DNA of 64,000 nucleotides, from contig OZ242318.1 in assembly GCA_965208105.1 (NCBI GenBank), positions 4,160,001-4,224,000 of the forward strand, in the 5' to 3' direction. The stretch is from Candidatus Latescibacterota bacterium. Lineage in GTDB: Bacteria; Latescibacterota; UBA2968; UBA8231. A model generated the notes under the pieces. It was not told the origin of the DNA. It saw only the letters and a list, made by a program, of their open reading frames with translations, and ran no database searches. Made by a program: the position numbers and the translations under genes. Shown here piece after piece: positions 50,928 to 60,127 of the stretch; positions within the stretch are counted from its first letter, which is position 1; each line of letters opens with the position of its first letter.

Positions 50928-52094
50928 TCAGGCGCGGTTGGCGCCGTAGGCCGCCTTGAACAAGGCGCCCCTCTCGAAACGGTTCAGATTGAAGCGCGAG
51001 ATGTCGATGGGAGGAGATCCCGAAAGGATCTCCGCGGCCATTAGTTCGCCGATGGCCGGGCCGATCTTGAAGCCGTGTCCGCTGAACCCGGCGCACAGGT
51101 AAAATCCGTCGACTGCCTCCGCCCTGCCCAGAATCGGGTGCCAGTCCGGGGTAACATCGTAGAGCCCGGTGTAGGAATTCAGCGCGAGGGCATCGGCAAA
51201 GACCGGCCAGCGCTCCCGGAAGCGCCTCCCGGTTTCCTCGATGAACTCGGCGTCGACCTCCTGGTTGTAACCATCCGCCTCGACGTACTCGTATTCCTTG
51301 GGAAAACCGCGTCCGACAAGGGTTCGCGCCGCCCCTTCGGGGCGATAGTAGATCGCCTTGGCCATGTCCGAGAAGCAGAGCCGGGGCGGCCCCCCGCCTC
51401 CCGCGGTCTGGTAGACGATCTCCTCCTCCCGGGTGACCCGGATGGGCACGGCGACCCCCGCCCACGCGCCAACCCGCGCTGCCCATGGACCGGCGGCGTT
51501 GACCACGACCCTGGTTGAAATATCTCCCTTGCCGGTGCGCACGGCCGCAATGGCGCCACCTTCGACAACAATCCCCTCCACGGCCGTAAGCTGCATCAGG
51601 CGGCCGCCCAATTCAGCGAACCGCTTCACGAAGGCATGGGTGCTCAGACGAGGATCGGCGTAGCCGGAATGTGGCTCGTAGACAATGCGGTGGACATCCA
51701 TCAGGTCAATCCGGCCTTCAAGTTCCTTGAGGTCCTCGCGGCTGATCTCCTCCACCTCCACTCCGAGCCGTCGTCCCATCTCCAGGTTTCTGCTCAAGCC
51801 CTCGGAGACCTCCTCGGGAACGAGGAATGCCCAACCGGTGTTGACAAAACCAGGATCTCCACCCACCACATCGTCAAAGTTTCGGAATACGTCGACGCTG
51901 CGTTTGACCATGCGCACCAGTTCCTCGTTGGAGTAGTGCTGGCGAATAATGGCGGCGGACCGTCCCGTCCCCCCGGAGGCGATGAGCTGCTTCTCGAGGA
52001 GCACGACGTCCTTCACCCCCGCCCTTTGCAGGTTGTAAGCTGTCGCAGCTCCGTTGATTCCCGCGCCTATGACCACAACGTCCGCAGTTTGCAT
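50928..52094 (-). CDS. FAD-dependent oxidoreductase (sarcosine oxidase beta / DAO family)
   Basis: VIGAG.NG, G.TGRSA..IRQ, VVNAAG.WA, YD.TPD.HPILG, GFSGHGFK..PA.G. Confidence 0.88.
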   Translation of the reverse strand: MQTADVVVIGAGINGAATAYNLQRAGVKDVVLLEKQLIASGGTGRSAAIIRQHYSNEELVRMVKRSVDVFRNFDDVVGGDPGFVNTGWAFLVPEEVSEGLSRNLEMGRRLGVEVEEISREDLKELEGRIDLMDVHRIVYEPHSGYADPRLSTHAFVKRFAELGGRLMQLTAVEGIVVEGGAIAAVRTGKGDISTRVVVNAAGPWAARVGAWAGVAVPIRVTREEEIVYQTAGGGGPPRLCFSDMAKAIYYRPEGAARTLVGRGFPKEYEYVEADGYNQEVDAEFIEETGRRFRERWPVFADALALNSYTGLYDVTPDWHPILGRAEAVDGFYLCAGFSGHGFKIGPAIGELMAAEILSGSPPIDISRFNLNRFERGALFKAAYGANRA

Positions 52095-52171
52095 TTTTCT
52101 CTCCACGAATTTCTAAGTTTCTCAGTCCATGACCCGACGGAGGTTGACCGCGAGTTGGTTCGAACCGGCCC

Positions 52172-54202
52172 TCACCACCAGTGCACGCGATGTCCCGCCG
52201 TGGGAAACCAGATCATGTCCACGACCGTGGACAGAACCACACCCACCACGTAGCCGATTCCCAATCCATAAAAAAAGGGCTTTCCGGCCAGATACGCCTT
52301 CACTCCGCCATAGCGCAGAAGGACCACCTTGATGGCGAAGGCGATGAAGAAATTGATCCAGTACCACCAGGTCGCGTGGGTGTATTGAAAGATCAACCCG
52401 ATGGGATGGATGGGAAACCAGTGAAAGCGGGCGCGCAAAAAGGAGATTCCGGCGGCCTCCAGGAACCCTCCCCACCACAGCGACCACTTGTACAGGTTGG
52501 GCGTGGTGGGGTTGGTGATCAGGTAGGTGATACCGTCGTAAAAAACGGCTGTCCTGCCGCCCACGTAAAGGGTCCCCCCCTCGTCGTAGGCCAGATCGAG
52601 CATGGCCCAGGCCGCCGCCGCGAATCCCACGGGGAATGCAACGAACACAACCGCCGTCACCCACCGGGGTTGGCGCGGCAGGGAAAAAATGCGCAGATGA
52701 TGCGCCATTGCCGGCCACGCCGGGATGGTGAACGGCCCGAAGAAGGCGAAGCTGGTGAGCACTTTGAAGGGGACCAGGCGTTGCGGCGGTATGTAGATCG
52801 AGCCGATTAGCTCCAGAAAGAAGGACTCCCCCTTGAGGTAGGGACGATTGGGATAGATGTAGGCGCAGCCGCTGGCCGCAACCAGCTTGACCGCGACGAA
52901 GTAGGCCAGCACCATCAGCCCGAACATGCCAAGGGCCAGCCACAGGCTCACCCCGAGATGCAGGGCCCAGCCGATCACGTAGGCGGCCGATCCCAACATG
53001 CCGGCCACGGCCCAGCGGTAGCGCCGTACATCCTGCGGGTCTCCCTCTCCGTGCCGCACCTGCTCCCACACCTGGCGGAGATGACGCCGCGCCACCCACA
53101 CCGACCAGAGGAATACGAAGACCATTGCTCCGTGGCTCTCGGTATTGAGGATCATCTGGGGCTCGGAAAAGCGGTTGTTGGCGTTTACCCCGGTGAAGCC
53201 CAGGCTGGGGGTGCCGAAGCGCCGCATCAGAACCATCTTGAACTCGGCCAGCCAGTGGAAGAGCACCATGCTGCCGAGGATGTCCACCGGGCACAGGTAG
53301 ATCACCATCAGCATCAGCGGCATTACGCGGATGAATCCCGACACCAGTCCATTGCCGAATTCGTAATGGTAGTAAGTCCAGAACAGGTCGAAGGAGGGAA
53401 GGCCGGGGGTGAAATAGGTGGTGACGTTATAGAGCAGCGGAAGGAAAACGGCCCCGAATCCTGCCCAGAACAGGCGCGAAAAGAAGATGTCCGGCATGCG
53501 CCTCCGGCCGTCGAAGCCCTGGGTCATGTCCATGGGCATCTGGGCCAGGGGGAAGGTGAGCTTTTCCGCTACCATCCACTGGCGCTGAAACACGATCAGC
53601 AGGCAGAAGCCGAAGGCCACCACCGCCATGGACACCCCCAGCCAATTGAAAATCTGAAGCACCCAGCCGTCCCAGGGCAGGCCCATACCCTCGGGCAGAC
53701 CATACCAGAAGGCGTCGGTGATCCGTCTCGTAGCAGGGGGAAAGGCGTGCCAGGGCACGAAGTTGAAAAATGTTTCCGCCCACTGGTTCTCGGGAGTGGC
53801 AAAGTGGGTCGGGCCCGTCAGGGTGGCGACCCAGGAGTTCATCCAGGAGGGAATGGTCGCCACTACCCATGTCATCGAGAAAAGGGTCAGCAGTTCTCCC
53901 CGGCTCAATGCCAGGCGGGGCCATACCGACTTGATGCCCACATTGAGCAATAGCCACATGGCGAAGGGCATGAACGCGGCGATGGGGTACTGCGACTGCA
54001 CGTAGGTGCCCGATCCCTGGCGCTGGGCGATCTGGATGATGTAGTAGAACATCGCCGCGATGGTCAGCGCTCCCAGCACCACGGCGCGCAGGGTGATCAA
54101 CGGCGAATCTTCACCATCGCGCTCAATTTGGTCGCAATCAGAGAATCGACCTGGAGTAGATCCCTGAGGATTTTCAGTTGCTCTATGGTGGGGAAGGGGC
54201 AT
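52172..54202 (-). CDS. Polytopic membrane protein (DUF6785/DUF6784-like, putative peptide transporter)
   Basis: ITLRAV.LG, W...EKL.FP.AQ.P, W.ARRHL, W.PIHPIG, K...LRYGG...Y....PFF.GL..G; start uncertain. Confidence 0.7.
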   Translation of the reverse strand: MPLPHHRATENPQGSTPGRFSDCDQIERDGEDSPLITLRAVVLGALTIAAMFYYIIQIAQRQGSGTYVQSQYPIAAFMPFAMWLLLNVGIKSVWPRLALSRGELLTLFSMTWVVATIPSWMNSWVATLTGPTHFATPENQWAETFFNFVPWHAFPPATRRITDAFWYGLPEGMGLPWDGWVLQIFNWLGVSMAVVAFGFCLLIVFQRQWMVAEKLTFPLAQMPMDMTQGFDGRRRMPDIFFSRLFWAGFGAVFLPLLYNVTTYFTPGLPSFDLFWTYYHYEFGNGLVSGFIRVMPLMLMVIYLCPVDILGSMVLFHWLAEFKMVLMRRFGTPSLGFTGVNANNRFSEPQMILNTESHGAMVFVFLWSVWVARRHLRQVWEQVRHGEGDPQDVRRYRWAVAGMLGSAAYVIGWALHLGVSLWLALGMFGLMVLAYFVAVKLVAASGCAYIYPNRPYLKGESFFLELIGSIYIPPQRLVPFKVLTSFAFFGPFTIPAWPAMAHHLRIFSLPRQPRWVTAVVFVAFPVGFAAAAWAMLDLAYDEGGTLYVGGRTAVFYDGITYLITNPTTPNLYKWSLWWGGFLEAAGISFLRARFHWFPIHPIGLIFQYTHATWWYWINFFIAFAIKVVLLRYGGVKAYLAGKPFFYGLGIGYVVGVVLSTVVDMIWFPTAGHRVHWW

Positions 54203-54281
54203 TGAGAGAGGGGGTCTATTCTAGGAGCAGTGCCGAGCCGAGGCGCATTGGCCTCTGTGTCGATAGGGTGGGCTGAACGCA

Positions 54282-54317
54282 AGTAGAGGGATGGATTTTG
54301 CAATCCATCCCTCTACT
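54282..54317 (-). terminator. 16-bp perfect stem with GCAA loop downstream of duplicated gene copy A
   Basis: AGTAGAGGGATGGATT-ttgc-AATCCATCCCTCTACT; weak U-tail. Confidence 0.7.
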
Positions 54318-54345
54318 CATGAAGCTGCGAAGCTGGTGATCGAGC

Positions 54346-56298
54346 TTACTTCAGCAGGGTCATCGAATGCGTGGCGGAAAAATCGCCGGCCTGCATGCGA
54401 TAGAAGTAGACTCCGCTCGACACCTGCGAGCCGGCCTGGTCAAGCGCGTTCCAGGTTGTCCGGTAGGTCCCCGCGCTCAACTCCTCGCCCACCAGGCTGG
54501 CCACGGTTTGGCCCACCGCGTTGAACACGTCGATTTCCACGAAGCCCTCGGCGGGCACGTTGAACTCGATGGTGGTCTCGGGATTGAAGGGGTTGGGATA
54601 GGCCGCACCCAGCGAGTAGCTGTCAGGTGTGCCAGCGCTCTCCACCTCTTCCACCGCGGTCATGTCCAGCCTGCCGCTGACCAGATCGTAGGGAATGTGG
54701 AAGAACATGGCCGCCCCGAACTTCTGCCCCTCGATGCGCTCGAAGGTGTGCCGGGTGATGTCGTAGCTGGAATCCCAGTACATGCCGTCCCACGGCCCGC
54801 GCTGACCGGCGTTGGGGCCGTCCCAAGTCGAGCTGCTGCCGATGGTGGAGCGGTCGTGGTCGATGATGTTGATGAAGGTCGACAGCGAGATGACGAGCGG
54901 GCCGACGATCGCCGGATCGGCGAAGATGTTGAAGATCCCCGCGCCGTCGCGGCCGGTGGTCCCGTAGTTGACGCCCAGGGCGTTGTGCCGCGGGCTGAAG
55001 TAGGCGGCTTTGCCGCTGAGATCGGCGTTGTAGCGGATGGGATAGGACGCGTCCACCGTCATGCCCGTCTCCGCCGCCAGCTCGTAGGTCACCCGGTCGC
55101 CCACCAGGTCGCCGTTGCGGTTGACCCAGATGGTGTTGCCGTCGTGGTCGATCTTGATGAGGTTGGGCGAGAGCCAGCCGGACAGGTAGATGCCATCCTC
55201 GTGGACGGACAGGTTGCCCGGTCCGCTGGCGCTGGCCACCTCGTTGCCCTCGTCGTCGACGCTGAAGTTGGTGAACCACTCGGCTATGTCGAGGGACTTG
55301 GTCACCTCGCCGGAGCCCTTGTCCCAGAACTCCACCGAACTGGCCGGCACGTCGGCGCGGCTCCAGTTGGCCGCCACCAGGTTGTTATTCCAGACCTCCA
55401 TCTGCATGATGCCGATGCCGGGGGCGCCGATGGGCGCCAGGCCGTTTTCGGCCCAATCCGTGTCGGCCTCGAAGGTCTGGGCGGCGCGGTTGATGGTCAT
55501 GCGATAACAGCCGGCGCCCTCGTCCGAGCGATGGGTGGTGTAGTAGATGTCCTGCTTATCAGGGTCCGGGTCGCCGCGCATGCCGCCCAGGGTCCGCGCC
55601 CCTTCGAAGTCGGTGACGCTGTTGGCGTCCCAGCGATCCCAAGCGTTGGGGTTGGCGATGAAGTCGGTGCCCAGGACAGAACGGCCGATGTCGCCGGAGC
55701 GGTGGCCGCCCCAGTCGGGCGCGTCGCGGTCGTACTCACCCATCCACACCTCGTTGGTGCGCAGATCGATCCAGGGATCGGCGAAGCCCGTGATCGGGGC
55801 GATGCCCGCCACGGACAAGTCCTCGAGAATGTTCAGACCGATGAGATCGAACTCGAAGGGTCCGGCGCCGGCGGCGTTGCCTTCCCAGTCGTTGCCGTCC
55901 CAGGTGATCACGTTGTTGCCGGCCTCGAAGTCCTGGCCTGCGGTGGAGGCGACGAACAGGGCGGGGCCGGGCTGCAGGCGCAGCCAAGCCTCGAAGGGTC
56001 CTCGCGCACCGGTCGTTGCCTTGGCTCCGTCGCTGGCGTCGTAGACGGCCAGCCACACGCGGGCGCGCTGGTTGAGACTGAAGGGTATGTCCACCGAACC
56101 CCCGCTGTAGCCAACGTCACCGGTACTCATGATGAGTGTATTCACCGCACCGGACTTGACGATGGGAGCCCAGAGGGAGGGATCCATGTTGTCAAAGGAC
56201 GGCTGGGCGGGAAGACCGGTCAACTCTTCGGCCTCCACGGAACCCAGGGCCAAGACAGCAACGGCTACTCCAAAAAGAGTTGCTCGTACTATTCGCAT
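54346..56298 (-). CDS. Secreted 650-aa protein, copy A: N-terminal FlgD-Ig-like, central beta-propeller-like, C-terminal FlgD/T9SS-type sorting domain
   Basis: Signal peptide; AG.N.I.WDG.D..G; C-terminal YPNPFNPETTI...SSGVYFYRM.AG...MTLLK; GAGGAG RBS. Confidence 0.8.
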   Translation of the reverse strand: MRIVRATLFGVAVAVLALGSVEAEELTGLPAQPSFDNMDPSLWAPIVKSGAVNTLIMSTGDVGYSGGSVDIPFSLNQRARVWLAVYDASDGAKATTGARGPFEAWLRLQPGPALFVASTAGQDFEAGNNVITWDGNDWEGNAAGAGPFEFDLIGLNILEDLSVAGIAPITGFADPWIDLRTNEVWMGEYDRDAPDWGGHRSGDIGRSVLGTDFIANPNAWDRWDANSVTDFEGARTLGGMRGDPDPDKQDIYYTTHRSDEGAGCYRMTINRAAQTFEADTDWAENGLAPIGAPGIGIMQMEVWNNNLVAANWSRADVPASSVEFWDKGSGEVTKSLDIAEWFTNFSVDDEGNEVASASGPGNLSVHEDGIYLSGWLSPNLIKIDHDGNTIWVNRNGDLVGDRVTYELAAETGMTVDASYPIRYNADLSGKAAYFSPRHNALGVNYGTTGRDGAGIFNIFADPAIVGPLVISLSTFINIIDHDRSTIGSSSTWDGPNAGQRGPWDGMYWDSSYDITRHTFERIEGQKFGAAMFFHIPYDLVSGRLDMTAVEEVESAGTPDSYSLGAAYPNPFNPETTIEFNVPAEGFVEIDVFNAVGQTVASLVGEELSAGTYRTTWNALDQAGSQVSSGVYFYRMQAGDFSATHSMTLLK

Positions 56299-56330
56299 TT
56301 GGTTCTTCTCCTCTTTGGTTAGAATGATTA

Positions 56331-56540
56331 TGAGATGCAAGGAATACATCTCACGACGAAAGAAATGTAAGAATTAATAGAACATTTTCTACAACGGTCA
56401 GGTGATACTGGCTTTCACCTCCTTTCAAACCAAGAGACCTGAGGTAGAATTAAACTCAAGTTATTATTAAAGTTACTATATGGTGCAATATGCAATATTG
56501 CCATTATTGCCATTATTGCCATTATTATATATAACTCCAA
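56331..56540 (-). promoter_or_regulatory. Structured 5' leader with an upstream reading frame ending WFERR* (copy A)
   Basis: Hairpins at 56398-56442 and 56331-56353; frame 56540-56415 is stop-free. Confidence 0.55.
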
Positions 56541-56541
56541 T

Positions 56542-56570
56542 TAAATACAAAAATTCCATTTGAATGTCAA
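56542..56570 (-). promoter_or_regulatory. Sigma70-like promoter, copy A
   Basis: TTGACA (56570-56565)-17 nt-TATTTA; conserved in copy B. Confidence 0.55.
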
Positions 56571-56649
56571 GTTTTAAATCCATTTAGCGATAGAGGGTTA
56601 CAGCCTGTTGGAAAAATGAATTGGCCTGCGGAATGGTGGCCTGAACGCA

Positions 56650-56685
56650 AGTAGAGGGATGGATTTTGCAATCCATCCCTCTACT
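56650..56685 (-). terminator. Identical 16-bp stem downstream of copy B
   Basis: Same sequence as 54282-54317. Confidence 0.7.
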
Positions 56686-56713
56686 CATGAAGCTGCGAAG
56701 CTGGTGATCGAGC

Positions 56714-58666
56714 TTACTTCAGCAGGGTCATCGAATGCGTGGCCGAGAAATCGCCGGCCTGCATGCGATAGAAGTAGACCCCGCTCGACACCTGCGAGCC
56801 GGCCTGGTCAAGCGCGTTCCAGGTTGTCCGGTAGGACCCGGCGCTCAACTCCTCGCCCACCAGGCTGGCCACGGTCTGGCCCACCGCGTTGAACACGTCG
56901 ATTTCCACGAAGCCCTCGGCGGGCACGTTGAACTCGATGGTGGTTTCGGGATTGAAGGGGTTGGGATAGGCCGCACCCAGCGAGTAGCTGTCAGGTGTGC
57001 CGGCGCTCTCCACCTCTTCCACCGCGGTCATGTCCAGCCTGCCGCTGGCCAGATCGTAGGGAATGTGGAGGAACATGCCGGCGCCGAACTTCTGGCCCTC
57101 GATGCGCTCGAAGGTGTGCCGGGTGATGTCGTAGCCGGTTCCCCAGTACATGCCGTCCCACGGCCCGCGCTGACCAGGGTTGGGGCCGTTCCAGGTGGTG
57201 CTGCTGCCGATGGAGGAACGGTCGCGGTCGATGATGTTGATGAAGGTCGACGACGAAATGGGGAGCGGGCCGACGATCGCCGGGTCGGCGAAGATGTTGA
57301 AGATCCCCGCGCCGTCGCGGCCAGTGGCCCCGTAGTTGACGCCCAGGGCGTTGTGCCGCGGGCTGAAGTAGGAGACCTTGCCGCTGAGGTCGGCGTTGTA
57401 GCGGATGGGATAGGACGCGTCCACCGTCATGCCCGTCTCCGCCGCCAGCTCGTAGGTCACCCGGTCGCCCACCAGGTCGCCGTTGCGGTTGACCCAGATG
57501 GTGTTGCCGTCGTGGTCGATCTTGATGAGGTTGGGCGAGAGCCAGCCGGACAGGTAGATGCCATCCTCGTGGACGGACAGGTTGCCCGGTCCGCTGGCGC
57601 TGGCCACCTCGTTGCCCTCGTCGTCGATGCTGAAGTTGGTGAACCACTCGGCTATGTCGAGGGACTTGGTCACCTCGCCGGAGCCCTTGTCCCAGAACTC
57701 CACCGAGCTGGCCGGCACGTCGGCGCGGCTCCAGTTGGCCGCCACCAGGTTGTTATTCCAGACCTCCATCTGCATGATGCCGATGCCGGGGGCGCCGATG
57801 GGCGCCAGGCCGTTTTCGGCCCAATCCGTGTCGGCCTCGAAGGTCTTGGCGGCGTGGTTGACGGTCATGCGGTAGCAGCCGGCGCCCTCGTCCGAGCGGT
57901 GGGTGGTGTAGAAGATCTCCAGCTTGTCGGGGTCGGGATCGCCGCGTATGCCGCCCAGGGTCCGCGCCCCTTCGAAGTCGGTGACGCTGTTGGCGTCGTA
58001 GCGCTCCCAGGCGTTGGGGTTGGCGATGAAGTCGGTGCCCAGGATAGCCCGGGCGATATCGCCGGAGCGGTGGCCGCCCCAGTCGGGCGCGTCGCGGTCG
58101 TACTCACCCATCCACACCTCGTTGGTGCGCAGGTCGATCCAGGGATCGGCAAAGCCCGTGATCGTGGCGATGCCCGCCACGGTGGCGTCCTCGAGAATGT
58201 TAATGGCCACGAGATCGAACTCGAAGGGGCCGGCGCCGGCGGCGTTGCCTTCCCAGTCGTTGCCATCCCAGGTGATCACGTTGTTGCCGGCCTCGAAGTC
58301 CTCACCGGCGTTGGAAGCGACGAACAGGGCGGGTCCGGGCTGCAGGCGCAGCCAAGCCTCGAAGGGGCCGCGTGCACCGGTAAATCCCTTGGCTGCGTCG
58401 CTGGCGTCGTAGACGGCCAGCCACACGCGGGCGCGCTGGTTGAGACTGAAGGGAATGTCCACCGAACCCCCGCTGTAAGCCACGTCACCGGTACTCATGA
58501 CGAGGGGATTCACCGCACCGGACTTGACGATGGGCGCCCAAATAGAAGGGTCTTCCCTGTCAAAGGCCGGCTGGGCGGGCAGACCGGTCAACTCCTCGGC
58601 CCCCACGGCACCCAGTGCCAAAACGGCCATCGCTACTCCGAATAGCGTTGTGCGTACCATTCGCAT
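56714..58666 (-). CDS. Secreted 650-aa protein, copy B
   Basis: Colinear with copy A, no indels, about 53 amino-acid differences by manual count. Confidence 0.8.
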   Translation of the reverse strand: MRMVRTTLFGVAMAVLALGAVGAEELTGLPAQPAFDREDPSIWAPIVKSGAVNPLVMSTGDVAYSGGSVDIPFSLNQRARVWLAVYDASDAAKGFTGARGPFEAWLRLQPGPALFVASNAGEDFEAGNNVITWDGNDWEGNAAGAGPFEFDLVAINILEDATVAGIATITGFADPWIDLRTNEVWMGEYDRDAPDWGGHRSGDIARAILGTDFIANPNAWERYDANSVTDFEGARTLGGIRGDPDPDKLEIFYTTHRSDEGAGCYRMTVNHAAKTFEADTDWAENGLAPIGAPGIGIMQMEVWNNNLVAANWSRADVPASSVEFWDKGSGEVTKSLDIAEWFTNFSIDDEGNEVASASGPGNLSVHEDGIYLSGWLSPNLIKIDHDGNTIWVNRNGDLVGDRVTYELAAETGMTVDASYPIRYNADLSGKVSYFSPRHNALGVNYGATGRDGAGIFNIFADPAIVGPLPISSSTFINIIDRDRSSIGSSTTWNGPNPGQRGPWDGMYWGTGYDITRHTFERIEGQKFGAGMFLHIPYDLASGRLDMTAVEEVESAGTPDSYSLGAAYPNPFNPETTIEFNVPAEGFVEIDVFNAVGQTVASLVGEELSAGSYRTTWNALDQAGSQVSSGVYFYRMQAGDFSATHSMTLLK

Positions 58667-58700
58667 CTGATTCTTCTCCTCTGTTGGTAGGAATGATTAC

Positions 58701-58827
58701 GAGATGCAAGGAATACATCTCACGACGAAAGAACAAACAATTTTTTAAAACCGTCAGGTGATGCTGGCTTTTACCTCCTTTCAAACCAAGAGACCTGAAG
58801 TAAAGTAAAGCCATAATATGACTCCAA
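58701..58827 (-). promoter_or_regulatory. Structured 5' leader with an upstream reading frame ending WFERR* (copy B)
   Basis: Hairpins at 58754-58798 and 58701-58721; frame 58827-58771. Confidence 0.55.
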
Positions 58828-58856
58828 ATTAAAAAAAAATTCTATTTGTATGTCAA
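58828..58856 (-). promoter_or_regulatory. Sigma70-like promoter, copy B
   Basis: TTGACA at 58856-58851 followed by a T-tract and TTAAT. Confidence 0.5.
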
Positions 58857-59269
58857 GTTTTAAATCCGTTCAGGGCAACCGGTTGGAAGAATAAATTGCC
58901 CTGCGGAATTGTGGCCTGCACGCGGGGAATGGATGAAGTGCAGCTACAGGTCGAGTGTTGCCTGCTTTCACTTCCTTCCCGACCAGGTAACCTGGGGCCA
59001 TCCATGAACTGTCAGGTCCAGGATTGTCGTGAGGCGAATACAGCTCCGCCTGTCAATAATTTTATTTTCATCCAATTCAAGTTAATTCAATGCAGCGTAA
59101 ACAATTAACAACATTGACGCGGGGGGATTTGGATGGGGTTCTTCCCTCCGGTTGATAGGTGCCATAGCGGGCAATTTGATTTTACCCGCTTTTTCCACTA
59201 GGATTATGGGCCGGAACGGCAATCACCGGCCAGCAAGGCCTTCCTCCATCCGAAAAAGACAAGGACGAA

Positions 59270-59923
59270 ATGACGGAATCGACCCAGACCGTCCAAAGCC
59301 CGGTTGTCGGCAGCCTTATCGTTTATACCAACGCTCTCCTCCTGGGAACAGGGCTGATGTCCCTGGAAATGCTTGGCAGCCGCTACCTGGGCCCCTACTT
59401 CGGATCTTCGATTCACATCTGGGCGGCGTTGATTTCAACGGTTCTGGCGGCATTGTCCGCGGGCTACTTCCTGGGCGGCTACATCGCCGATAAATTTCCC
59501 TCTCTCCTGGTGTTGGGGGGGGTCGTCCTCCTGGCATCGGGCTACATCGCCCTGATTCCCTTTTTTCTGGACGAGGCCTGTATTCTGGTCATTCGAATGA
59601 TTTCAGGCCCCGCACTTGGCAGTCTCGCCGCCAGCTTCGCCATCTTGTTCCTCCCCCTGATGGGCATTGCCATATTCACCCCTTTCGGGGTCCGCCTCCT
59701 CGTCCGCGGCCACGGGAGCGACCGTCCCGGCACCGCCACCGGGATCATGTACGGGATTTCCACTCTGGGCAATATTTTTGGGATTCTGTTCACTACGTTC
59801 TACCTCATGCCAAGGTATGGTTCCAGGGTGATAACCTACCAGATTTCTCTGGTAATCCTCATATCTGCACTGTCGTTCTGGATTTACCATTGGGCAAACA
59901 GGGGGAAACCCCATAGCTCCTGA
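59270..59923 (+). CDS. Membrane (MFS-like) half of the fused MFS/spermidine synthase family
   Basis: M.LE.LGSR.L.PYFGS....W..LI..VL.ALS.GY..GG..AD; G..Y.ISTLG.I.G...T.F.L.P..G. Confidence 0.8.
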   Translation: MTESTQTVQSPVVGSLIVYTNALLLGTGLMSLEMLGSRYLGPYFGSSIHIWAALISTVLAALSAGYFLGGYIADKFPSLLVLGGVVLLASGYIALIPFFLDEACILVIRMISGPALGSLAASFAILFLPLMGIAIFTPFGVRLLVRGHGSDRPGTATGIMYGISTLGNIFGILFTTFYLMPRYGSRVITYQISLVILISALSFWIYHWANRGKPHSS

Positions 59924-60127
59924 GCCACGGGTCCGGATCGGGCTGCAGGGAAGGTTTTGACGGAGGAAACCGGGGGTTTTATCTTTCTGCATGCATTCCA
60001 GCGCCGGGAGTGCACCCTTTTCAACCATGCCTCCGCCGCCTCATCACATCATCCACCGGACTATCGAGGCCGATTCAACCTTCGATTCTCCCGCCCTTTT
60101 CATCCTTTCCGGCTTTCACCTGGGGAA

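Larger units (their letters stand above)
54268..58923. repeat. Tandem duplication (~2.3-kb unit) covering promoter, leader, CDS and terminator
   Basis: Offset of 2368 bp between copies; 13-bp junction repeats at 54268, 56636 and 58911. Confidence 0.9.

Noticed and set aside
56415-56425. TCACCTCCTTT as a 16S rRNA 3'-end fragment
   Set aside because: No flanking rRNA sequence; it is the complement of the SD-like loop described in the findings
54367-58645. Long plus-strand ORFs (651 and 636 aa) antisense to the duplicated genes
   Set aside because: Shadow ORFs expected from strong GC codon bias; V/G/A/R-rich with no motifs or RBS
54346-58666. Duplicated genes as a diversity-generating retroelement template/variable pair
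   Set aside because: Differences are not adenine-specific, span the whole gene, and no reverse transcriptase is present in the window
58560-58814. 84-aa ORF (MALLYFRSLG...) over the copy B leader
   Set aside because: Not conserved as an equivalent ORF in copy A and overlaps the main CDS out of frame
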